Source of the DNA: Candidatus Methanoperedens sp.
Lineage (GTDB): Archaea; Halobacteriota; Methanosarcinia; Methanosarcinales; Methanoperedenaceae
NCBI GenBank assembly: GCA_033854095.1
Contig: JAWOKW010000020.1
Span: forward strand, 2,166-34,165
Reading direction: 5' to 3'
DNA: 32,000 nucleotides
Shown here: positions 16,895 to 24,355 of the stretch, in pieces
Numbering within the stretch: position 1 is the first letter of the stretch
Layout: each line of letters starts with the position of its first letter
Position numbers and translations under genes: made by a program
Notes under the pieces: generated by a model
What the model saw: only the letters and a program-made list of their open reading frames with translations
Told to the model about the DNA's origin: nothing
Databases searched by the model: none

Positions 16895-16982
16895 ATAGAA
16901 CGCGGATTACACGGATGACGCAGATAGACACGGATGCATAAATCCGTGAGAATCCGTCAAATCCGTGTAATCTGTGTTCTAT
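16895..16982. repeat. 88-bp composite palindrome built from ACGGAT/ATCCGT units, lying between cistrons
   Basis: The outer arms are atagaacgcggattacacggat (16895-16916) and atccgtgtaatctgtgttctat (16961-16982), complementary at 20 of 22 positions; both mismatches would form G-U pairs in RNA. An inner hairpin is formed by cacggat (16929-16935) and atccgtg (16942-16948). Confidence 0.8.
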
Positions 16983-17011
16983 TTAGGTTTATAAATGTAT
17001 TATGTGAAGTT

Positions 17012-17983
17012 ATGCGGGATACTATAATCATGTCTGTAAATTCCCTTAAGACGTATTTCTTCACAAAAAAGGGCACAGTAAAAGCAGTGGATGATATTTC
17101 CTTTGACCTTAAAAAGAGCGAAATCCTGTGCATCGTAGGAGAATCTGGCTCAGGTAAAACAGTCACTGCGCTTTCAATCCTGCGCCTCGTTGAGCCGCCG
17201 GGGAAAATCGTGGATGGTCGGATAACTCTAAATGGGAAAAACCTGCTTGAACTCTCTCCAGCGCAGATGCAGGAAATACGCGGAAACAGACTTGCCATGA
17301 TATTCCAGGACCCTCATTCATCACTTAATCCCATCTTTACAATAGGGGACCAGATAATGGAAGCTTTAACAGCGCACAAAAATATCACGAAAAAAGAAGC
17401 TTTTGCGCGAGTAATAGAGCTTCTGGAACTTGTGGGGATTCCAGCACCCGAAGAGCGCTTCCATGAATATCCACATCAGTTCTCAGGCGGCATGAAGCAG
17501 AGGGCGGTCATAGCAATGGCTCTTGCATGTGCTCCAGATGTGCTGATAGCAGACGAGCCGACAACAGCTCTTGATCTTACGGTACAGGCGCAGATACTTG
17601 ACCTTTTTCTTGAACTTAGAGCTAAATTTAATATGGCAATTATATATATAACGCATGACCTTGGAGTTGTCTCTGAAATAGCAGACCACATCATTGTCAT
17701 GTACGCTGGCAGGATAATAGAAAAAGGATGCAAGGAAGACATCCTGCAAGAACCAAGGCATCCCTACACAAAAGGACTGCTGGGCTGCCTTCCCGCTGAT
17801 AAAGGAAAGCTTGTCTCGATTCCGGGCACTATATGCAGCCTCATAAATCCACCTGAAGGCTGTATTTTTCATCCAAGATGCAGTGCCGCTGCAAATATTT
17901 GCAGAAAGATAAGACCTGAACTGATACAGATAAAGAATGAGCACTATGTGTGCTGCTTTAAAGGGGGAATACAGCATAGGTAG
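17012..17983 (+). CDS. ABC transporter ATP-binding protein, OppD/DppD type
   Basis: It has Walker A GESGSGKT, the signature FSGGMKQR, Walker B LIADEPTTALD, and the C-terminal oligopeptide-type extension (PRHPYTKGLL...GCIFHPRC). The start is ATG 17012 or 17030. The track's start at 16934 would read through the palindrome. Confidence 0.9.
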   Translation: MRDTIIMSVNSLKTYFFTKKGTVKAVDDISFDLKKSEILCIVGESGSGKTVTALSILRLVEPPGKIVDGRITLNGKNLLELSPAQMQEIRGNRLAMIFQDPHSSLNPIFTIGDQIMEALTAHKNITKKEAFARVIELLELVGIPAPEERFHEYPHQFSGGMKQRAVIAMALACAPDVLIADEPTTALDLTVQAQILDLFLELRAKFNMAIIYITHDLGVVSEIADHIIVMYAGRIIEKGCKEDILQEPRHPYTKGLLGCLPADKGKLVSIPGTICSLINPPEGCIFHPRCSAAANICRKIRPELIQIKNEHYVCCFKGGIQHR

Positions 17984-18917
17984 CCTCATCGAAATAATAG
18001 ACCTGAAAAAATATCATCCTCTCAATCGTGGTTTTTTTTCAAAAAGCAGAGGATATGTCAGGGCTGTTGATGGCGTCTCTTTTTCAATCTCTGATAGAGA
18101 GACGCTTGGTCTTGTGGGCGAGTCAGGGTGCGGTAAATCCACCCTTGGTCGATGTATCATAAAACTTGAGGAGACTGATTCTGGGATGATACTCTACAGG
18201 GGAACAGACATCACAAGAGCTAAAAAAAATGAGCTTGGAAGTTTCAGAAAAGAAGTCCAGATGATATTCCAGGACCCAAGCTCCAGTCTTGACCCAAGAA
18301 TGACTGTTGGGGACTCAGTAGAGGAAGCTCTTATAATACATGATATAGGCGATGAAGGAGAACGCGCTGAGCTGGTAGGAAGACTGCTGGTTAAAGTTGG
18401 TCTTGAGCCTGATTTTATGACAAGATATCCCCACGAGCTCAGCGGAGGACAGCTACAGAGAATAGGCATAGCAAGAGCGCTTGCGCTTGACCCGAAGCTG
18501 ATCATTGCTGATGAGCCTGTAAGCGCTCTTGATGTATCTGTGCAGGCGCAGATATTGAACCTGCTCATTAACTTAAAAGAAGAGCTTGGGCTTGCTTATC
18601 TGTTCATCGCACATAACCTGTGGGTGATCCGCTATATCTCTGACAGGGTGGCAGTTATGTATCTTGGAAAGATAGTAGAGATTGCTGACAGGAATGACCT
18701 GTTTGAAGCGCCGCTACATCCATACACCACAGCTTTGCTATCCTCGCTTCCTGGAAAGAAAGAGAGAATAAAAGGTGAGGTTCCCTCGCCCGTAAATCCG
18801 CCGCATGGATGCAGGTTTCATCCGCGATGCTCCAGAAGGTTTTATAAATGTGACAGGATTGAACCAGAATGGAAGGAAATCGAAAAAGGACATTTCGTGA
18901 TGTGCCATCTGTATTGA
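17937..18917 (+). CDS. ABC transporter ATP-binding protein, OppF/DppF type
   Basis: It has Walker A GESGCGKS, the signature LSGGQLQR, Walker B IIADEPVSALD, and the C-terminal block PLHPYTTALL...GCRFHPRC. ATG 17937 or 17946 overlaps the end of the OppD-type gene by about 40-47 nt. Confidence 0.9.
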   Translation: MSTMCAALKGEYSIGSLIEIIDLKKYHPLNRGFFSKSRGYVRAVDGVSFSISDRETLGLVGESGCGKSTLGRCIIKLEETDSGMILYRGTDITRAKKNELGSFRKEVQMIFQDPSSSLDPRMTVGDSVEEALIIHDIGDEGERAELVGRLLVKVGLEPDFMTRYPHELSGGQLQRIGIARALALDPKLIIADEPVSALDVSVQAQILNLLINLKEELGLAYLFIAHNLWVIRYISDRVAVMYLGKIVEIADRNDLFEAPLHPYTTALLSSLPGKKERIKGEVPSPVNPPHGCRFHPRCSRRFYKCDRIEPEWKEIEKGHFVMCHLY

Positions 18918-19954
18918 AAGAAATTGCAAGAAAAGAAATCAGAAGCCTTTACCCGGGCTATTTTGCACTTGTTATGGCGACGGGCATTGTTTCCATTGCC
19001 GCATACTTCTCAGGAATGCCGTCTATAGCACGGTCGCTCTTTTTTATTAACAAGCTCGCCTATGGAGTTTTGTGGTTACTGACCATAGTTCGCCTTATCT
19101 GGTACAGGCATGATCTTATTAATGTTTTAACAGACCATGCTAAGGGGCCCGGCTTTTTTACGATGGTCGCAGGCACCTGCATACTTGGGAACCAGTTTGT
19201 GATTATTGCAGGAGATTCCACAACTGCGGTTTTTCTCTTGATTATAGGAACATTTCTCTGGCTTTTCTTGATCTATGGAATCTTCGCTGCATTACTTGTG
19301 CAAGAAAATAAACCCACGCTGGAAGGCGGAATTAATGGGGGGTGGCTCATAGCTGTAGTAGCCACACAATCTGTCTCTATACTCGGTACACTTGTCGCCC
19401 CCGAGTTCATGACATGGAAGGAGGCTCTTCTTTTTTCAACACTTATTCTGTTCCTGCTCGGCTGCATGCTGTACATATTGATTATCTCTATGATATTTTA
19501 TCGACTGACATTTTTCTATCTTGCTCCTTCGATGTTCACGCCGCTTTACTGGGTCAATATGGGCGCAACAGCGATCACAACCCTTGCAGGAGCAAGACTT
19601 ATCTTAGTTTCTTCCCAGTGGGTGTTTTTACAGGAAATCCTTCCATTTCTTAAAGGATTTACATTGGTTTTTTGGGCTACAGCCACATGGTGGATTCCTG
19701 TGCTCTTGATCCTTGACATATGGCGCCATCTTTACAAACATTATCCGCTTGCTTACGATCCTATGTATTGGAGTCTTGTCTTCCCTCTCGGTATGTACAC
19801 CACGAGCACTCTCATTTTTGCTCAGGCTGCAGGATTGCCTTTAATGTATACGATTTCTCACTACTTTATATATGCAGCTTTAGCGGCTTGGCTGGTTACT
19901 TTTATCGGAATGATTCATGCGATTATAAAAAAAACAATAACACAAAATATATAA
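18869..19954 (+). CDS. TDT-family (TehA/Mae1/SLAC1-like) anion/dicarboxylate transporter
   Basis: About 10 TM segments, with the N-terminal YPGYFALVMATGIVSIA typical of the family. The start is uncertain. ATG 18869 overlaps oppF by 49 nt; the in-frame GTG 18902 or TTG 18914 would shorten that overlap. Confidence 0.7.
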   Translation: MEGNRKRTFRDVPSVLKEIARKEIRSLYPGYFALVMATGIVSIAAYFSGMPSIARSLFFINKLAYGVLWLLTIVRLIWYRHDLINVLTDHAKGPGFFTMVAGTCILGNQFVIIAGDSTTAVFLLIIGTFLWLFLIYGIFAALLVQENKPTLEGGINGGWLIAVVATQSVSILGTLVAPEFMTWKEALLFSTLILFLLGCMLYILIISMIFYRLTFFYLAPSMFTPLYWVNMGATAITTLAGARLILVSSQWVFLQEILPFLKGFTLVFWATATWWIPVLLILDIWRHLYKHYPLAYDPMYWSLVFPLGMYTTSTLIFAQAAGLPLMYTISHYFIYAALAAWLVTFIGMIHAIIKKTITQNI

Positions 19955-20009
19955 GCTAAGAAAAGGAACATAATACATGGTAGGATAAAAAAGGTTGACT
20001 TTGAGATGG

Positions 20010-20032
20010 GTTACCTTTTAGAGATAGGTAGC
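20010..20032. promoter_or_regulatory. imperfect inverted repeat GTTACCT-N9-AGGTAGC upstream of RHH/V4R paralog 1
   Basis: gttacct (20010-20016) and aggtagc (20026-20032) match at 6 of 7 positions. The repeat lies about 88 nt upstream of ATG 20120. Its half-site resembles the palindrome at 24249-24267. Confidence 0.25.
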
Positions 20033-20119
20033 TTTTTGTAAAAACAATAAAAGTCAATGTATTGCATAAAAACGGGTAAGGCGGGACATATTTGGAATTT
20101 AAACCCAGGATCGGAAAAT

Positions 20120-21571
20120 ATGATTGTTACAAGACATATCTCCCTTGACAGCGACTGTGTTGAGAAGATGAAACCATACGTGGAAAAGCATAAAGGCAAT
20201 TTCAGCGCTGCAATAAGGGAGATAATAGACCAGGCAGGGAAATCCAGTTATCCATCCAATTCATCTGTGATCGACAGTACATTGTTCAAATGGATGCTGG
20301 ATGAAATAGACGGCATACTCATCCCTGACAACATACTGGATGAAATAATCGATCCAGCCCTGATAAACTCGATGGAAAAACTTGAAGAATATCTTAACAT
20401 ACGCTTTGGTGAGCTTGAATGGGATATCAATATTGTTCTAAAATATGATAATAATCTCTCGCCAGCGGATATATTGATAGAAATAAGCGGCAGTCCTCAA
20501 AAAGCAAAATTCGCCGCCTGTCTGCTTTCCCAGTTCCTTGTGAAAAATTCACTTGAATGCAACCCGCTTGAGGTCAGGTCTGTTGTTAATTTTAATAACG
20601 GTGTAAAGGTCGAAATTTCAAGATCAACGAAAAAAGAAGCGCAGAGCAGCATATTCACCTTTTTTGGGGAAATGGATAAAGCCATAAGAGCTATAAAAAC
20701 ACAGCCAGTTTTCTGGAAAGCATTAGTGGATAGACATGTCCTGAGCAATTATAACATGGTCACCATCCACAGGAATTATTTCGAGGATTTACTGGCAGGC
20801 AAAGTTCCGCTGGGAGAGATAACGATAGAAAATATTGCAAAAAAACCAATTCAGGAAATTCCACTTAAAGAGATGCTTTCCCTGGTAAAAGAGGTCTATG
20901 AGACATCCAAGGTCTCAGATAGAGTCGAGCTCAACAGGGATTCGATAATATTCTTCCATAACTATAGAAATAAAGAAGCAATAGAAAAATTGATGGAGAG
21001 CCTTATCTCGCTCTTAGAAGCTAACGGTCATTTATATGATGCAAAATCAACTGCGAACATGATAGTCCTGACTCACAGACCTGATGTGGGTATAAAAATA
21101 AACGAAATAGTAGATAATCTAAAAATCAGTAACAGCAGGCTTGACCAGGAATTAATCATGTTTATGACATTCGTTAAAAATCTGAAGAACATGCCTGATA
21201 TAACTTCATCCCTGACATCACTGGGCACAAGGATAGGCAGGTCATTAATGCAGGAGTACGAAAAAGAGAATGAAATAAAGAACTGGGATATACATACTTT
21301 CCAGAAGGCTTTTGAAATAATCGATTCCAAACTTCACAGGGAAAGCGAATGGAAGTTGGACGGAACAAATCTGCTGTACACAATCAAAAAATGCAATATA
21401 ACCGCAGAAGGCACTGCGTTTGATACGCATATCTGCCATACAGCAAGGGAAGCATTCAAAGGTGCTTTGAGCTACGCATTTGGGAACAGAGCGCGGCTGG
21501 AAATTAATAAATTATTAACTCACGGGGACAATCTTTGTGAGGTGGTTATACGAATACCTCCTGTGAGTTAG
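20120..21571 (+). CDS. RHH-like N-terminus + V4R-like C-terminal domain protein (putative ligand-sensing regulator), paralog 1
   Basis: 483 aa counted from ATG 20120; this start was chosen by alignment with the paralog. The N-terminus MIVTRHISLDSDCVEKMKPYVEKHKGNFSAAIREIIDQA has the beta-strand, helix, helix pattern of CopG/RHH proteins. The C-terminus LGTRIGRSLMQEY...KKCNITAEGTAFDTHICHTAREAFKGALSYAFGNRARLE...HGDNLCEVVIRI fits the V4R (4-vinyl reductase) small-molecule-binding pattern. Confidence 0.7.
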   Translation: MIVTRHISLDSDCVEKMKPYVEKHKGNFSAAIREIIDQAGKSSYPSNSSVIDSTLFKWMLDEIDGILIPDNILDEIIDPALINSMEKLEEYLNIRFGELEWDINIVLKYDNNLSPADILIEISGSPQKAKFAACLLSQFLVKNSLECNPLEVRSVVNFNNGVKVEISRSTKKEAQSSIFTFFGEMDKAIRAIKTQPVFWKALVDRHVLSNYNMVTIHRNYFEDLLAGKVPLGEITIENIAKKPIQEIPLKEMLSLVKEVYETSKVSDRVELNRDSIIFFHNYRNKEAIEKLMESLISLLEANGHLYDAKSTANMIVLTHRPDVGIKINEIVDNLKISNSRLDQELIMFMTFVKNLKNMPDITSSLTSLGTRIGRSLMQEYEKENEIKNWDIHTFQKAFEIIDSKLHRESEWKLDGTNLLYTIKKCNITAEGTAFDTHICHTAREAFKGALSYAFGNRARLEINKLLTHGDNLCEVVIRIPPVS

Positions 21572-21591
21572 GTACGTATTAAAAGGAGTGA

Positions 21592-21930
21592 TTGGATATG
21601 GATAAATTGAAAAGTAAGGAATCGGATAAATATGGAGTAAATAAAAGAGATAGATTTGGGGTTGACAAATGGATAAAGGGCGGAGTTCTGTCTTTAATCG
21701 CCGGGCTCTTTATGTCGTTTGCTATAGGCATGGTGTTCCTTATCCCGATAGCGGTCGGCACATTTCTGGTCTATGGGCTGGTCGTCTACTTGAGGGGACG
21801 GAAGAACAGAATCACAGTGTCCATAAAGCCATCAGCGGCGATGGAAGCAATTGCTCGCAGGGAAGAGGAACTCAATAGGGAGAAAGAGAGACTGCTGTAC
21901 GAAGAATCCAGAAATGAGATAAAACATTGA
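21592..21930 (+). CDS. small membrane protein (2 TM helices + charged coiled-coil tail)
   Basis: 112 aa, with GGAGTGA upstream and lying 20 nt after paralog 1. The TM segments are VLSLIAGLFMSFAIGMVFLI and IAVGTFLVYGLVVYL. The C-terminus is ARREEELNREKERLLYEE. Confidence 0.6.
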   Translation: MDMDKLKSKESDKYGVNKRDRFGVDKWIKGGVLSLIAGLFMSFAIGMVFLIPIAVGTFLVYGLVVYLRGRKNRITVSIKPSAAMEAIARREEELNREKERLLYEESRNEIKH

Positions 21931-21957
21931 ATTCCACTATGGTTGAGGGTATAAGAG

Positions 21958-22830
21958 ATGCAGTTTAATAAGTTAATGGTTCTGATTTTTATTTTATTTA
22001 TGGCTGGCATTATATCTGGTATTGCATCAGGGCAGAACGTGGATGTATCATGTTTCCATTGTCATTCAACACAGGTAAATGAGCTAAAAAAGAGCGTACA
22101 CTTCAATCAGAATATCTCATGTGCAGACTGTCATGGCGGAGAAATACACATCAACGGAACTGCTGTATCTGTAGATGTAATGAGTGAGAACTTTACAGGA
22201 GTACCTACAAGAGCGAACATATCAAACGTATGCTCAAAGTGTCATAGTGAAGCAGCACGTTTATACAGGGAAAGTATACATTTTAAAGAACTTGAGAAGG
22301 GAATAACAATAGCAGCCACATGCACGGATTGCCACGGTGCCCATAGTATCCTGTCATCCAGTGACCCTGGCTCTATGACCTATTCAGGTAATGTTCCGCA
22401 GTTGTGTGCAAGCTGTCATGAAAACCAGACAAAGATGAGTGCATGGTACTATGGGATCAAGACAGACAGATTTGACACATATAAACAATCGTATCATTAC
22501 AAAGCGCTTTTGTCAGGTGGGAAAGGGCTTGCAACATGCCCTGACTGCCATGAGAGCCATGATACAAAAAATGAAAGCGACCCAACATCTGCCATATACC
22601 AAGCAAATCTGCCAGCAACATGCGGGAAAGCAAGTTGTCATCCAGGTCAGAGCGCCCTAATCTATGGCGGGCAAATCCATGAAGGGCAATCAGTTACTTT
22701 CTTCTCTATTGATGCAAAGAAGCTTGTGACTTATTTCTACATAGTAATGATACTTTTTGAGATCACGTTCACGCTCGGGCTCATTTCTGTTGATATCACT
22801 TCGAAGTTCGAGATAAGAAGGAGGGAGTAA
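21958..22830 (+). CDS. heptaheme c-type cytochrome, membrane-anchored (N-terminal signal/TM and C-terminal TM)
   Basis: There are six CxxCH motifs (CFHCH, CADCH, CSKCH, CTDCH, CASCH, CPDCH) and one Cx4CH (CGKASCH, nt 22621-22641). Exactly seven further His residues are available as distal ligands. A C-terminal hydrophobic helix (LVTYFYIVMILFEITFTLGLISV) is present, along with several N-x-S/T sequons. Confidence 0.9.
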   Translation: MQFNKLMVLIFILFMAGIISGIASGQNVDVSCFHCHSTQVNELKKSVHFNQNISCADCHGGEIHINGTAVSVDVMSENFTGVPTRANISNVCSKCHSEAARLYRESIHFKELEKGITIAATCTDCHGAHSILSSSDPGSMTYSGNVPQLCASCHENQTKMSAWYYGIKTDRFDTYKQSYHYKALLSGGKGLATCPDCHESHDTKNESDPTSAIYQANLPATCGKASCHPGQSALIYGGQIHEGQSVTFFSIDAKKLVTYFYIVMILFEITFTLGLISVDITSKFEIRRRE

Positions 22831-22831
22831 A

Positions 22832-23662
22832 ATGGCTGAATTAACATTCAAGAGGTTCACGCTTAATCAGCGTATCGAGCACATAATATTTTTTGCGACA
22901 TTTATCTTGCTTGCATACACAGGTTTTCCTCTGAAATTTCCGGATGAATGGTGGTCAAGATGGATGATCGCATCAGTGGGAGGCTTTGATAACAGGACAT
23001 TTATACATCACACATCTGGTCTGCTGATGATTGGAGTAAGCATTTACCATGTGGTTTATCATGTGGCTTTAGAAAAACCTCGCTTTGATATATTATTTAA
23101 CCCGAAGGACCTTCAAGATTTTAGTAAGCAGCTGCGGTATTTCTTGCGGTATTCAGATGAGCGTCCAAGATTTGGGAGATACACATGGAAGCAGAAGTTC
23201 GAATATTTCGGAGCAGGGTTCGGGGCTGTTATCATGGGTTTCACAGGAATACTGATGTGGAATCCCTTTGAAGCCATGAAATACTTTCCGATAGGGTTTA
23301 TCCAGATAGCTAACCTGTTCCACACATGGGAAGCAGTCCTTGCATCCCTTGCTGTGTTTGTAGGGCATTTCTATGACGAACATTTTGTAAGATTTCCGAA
23401 TCTGTCATGGTTAACAGGTAATATTTCAGAAGAAGAAATGCGCCATGAACATTCTATCGAATATGAGGAGGTGATGAAGAACACTGTAACCGAGAACAAT
23501 CTGACGGCTGAACATATAAAGAGCGACAGCAGCGCAGGCAGCATAATGTTACTCGGATTTGTAAGGTTAGTGTTCACAGTGGTTTTCTTAGCTATATTCA
23601 TCTGGATGATATGGATATCTTATAAAGTGCTGGTAGAGGCGGTCAGTACATATGTAATCTAA
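22832..23662 (+). CDS. b-type cytochrome membrane subunit (FdnI/HydC, Ni/Fe-hydrogenase cytochrome b family-like)
   Basis: The N-terminus RFTLNQRIEHIIFFATFILLAYTGFPLKF is the family hallmark. Conserved His residues lie in the TM helices (IHHTSGLL...YHVVYHV, FVGHFYDEHF). There are five predicted TM segments. The ATG lies 1 nt after the cytochrome c stop, and AGGAGGG lies upstream. Confidence 0.8.
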   Translation: MAELTFKRFTLNQRIEHIIFFATFILLAYTGFPLKFPDEWWSRWMIASVGGFDNRTFIHHTSGLLMIGVSIYHVVYHVALEKPRFDILFNPKDLQDFSKQLRYFLRYSDERPRFGRYTWKQKFEYFGAGFGAVIMGFTGILMWNPFEAMKYFPIGFIQIANLFHTWEAVLASLAVFVGHFYDEHFVRFPNLSWLTGNISEEEMRHEHSIEYEEVMKNTVTENNLTAEHIKSDSSAGSIMLLGFVRLVFTVVFLAIFIWMIWISYKVLVEAVSTYVI

Positions 23663-23673
23663 TGCTGAGAGTG

Positions 23674-24186
23674 TCAAAATCGAGACCACTTCGGACCGAA
23701 TTTATCCACAAGACTTCCTATCTCGATCAGTACCAGCGCCAAAACTATGTATATGAATGCGATATCACTTGGCGCTGATACGCTCCCACCAGCCATAGCA
23801 GTGAGGTTAGCATTCATTGCCATCACCCCTCCAATAGAGAGCGCGATCAGAAAGCCATTTATAGTCCAGTACACTCTCTCGTCAGACCTCAACTGGATAA
23901 TATAAACTACAAACAACATTGCAAGGGTCATCCATATCTTTACTGCTATCACGCCCATGAAACCCTGCGCCATAAAGGAGTAGCTCGCTATTGGATTGGC
24001 TTCAATGCCAGGTCCGCGTGCATCCATCATATACGCAGCAGTAACTGCATCACCTATACCAAAGATAAGAAATGCTATAAGATAAAGAACATGCTGCAAA
24101 TTTAGTCTCTTTACTGCGAAAATCGCTAGCAGCTTTGCAATCTCTATGAGTTCATATACAAACCCCTTCTGGATATTTTCTGTCAT
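23674..24186 (-). CDS. DUF5658-like integral membrane protein
   Basis: 170 aa with 4-5 TM segments. The motif GIGDAVTAAY...GIEANPIA resembles the D-x-x-T...E-x-N-P signature of DUF5658 (from memory). Confidence 0.6.
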   Translation of the reverse strand: MTENIQKGFVYELIEIAKLLAIFAVKRLNLQHVLYLIAFLIFGIGDAVTAAYMMDARGPGIEANPIASYSFMAQGFMGVIAVKIWMTLAMLFVVYIIQLRSDERVYWTINGFLIALSIGGVMAMNANLTAMAGGSVSAPSDIAFIYIVLALVLIEIGSLVDKFGPKWSRF

Positions 24187-24248
24187 ATTCTTCCCCTGAA
24201 GAAACTACTCTTCAAACAACTATTAGCTGCATAACTGAATATCGCTAG

Positions 24249-24267
24249 TTGCTACTAATAGTAGCAA
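24249..24267. promoter_or_regulatory. perfect 19-bp palindrome TTGCTACTA-A-TAGTAGCAA in a divergent promoter region (candidate operator)
   Basis: ttgctactaatagtagcaa has 9-bp perfect arms around one central base. It lies between the DUF5658 gene (minus strand) and paralog 2 (plus strand), immediately upstream of an A/T-rich TATA-like stretch at 24277-24286. Confidence 0.4.
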
Positions 24268-24355
24268 GACTGAAAGTTATTTAAATCAAGAAACCAAAAA
24301 TATAATATAATCAGACAATAATTACAATAAATAATCATGATAGATGTGGGGTTAC

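Noticed and set aside
16934-17011. N-terminal extension of the OppD-type ATPase given by the ORF track (MHKSVRIRQIRVICVLF...)
   Set aside because: The extension is simply a translation of the ACGGAT/ATCCGT palindrome. ABC ATPase homology begins near MRDTIIMSVNSLKTYF, so ATG 17012 or 17030 is the realistic start.
19995-20057. 8-bp inverted repeat ttgacttt ... aaagtcaa separated by 47 bp, upstream of paralog 1
   Set aside because: The arms are short, A/T-rich and widely spaced, so this is easily a chance occurrence. It is not reported as a feature.
20057-20119. Upstream extension of RHH/V4R paralog 1 (MYCIKTGKAGHIWNLNPGSEN), and likewise 24344-24355 for paralog 2
   Set aside because: Alignment of the two paralogs starts exactly at MIVTRHISL / MILRKNISL. 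The extensions are not shared between them.
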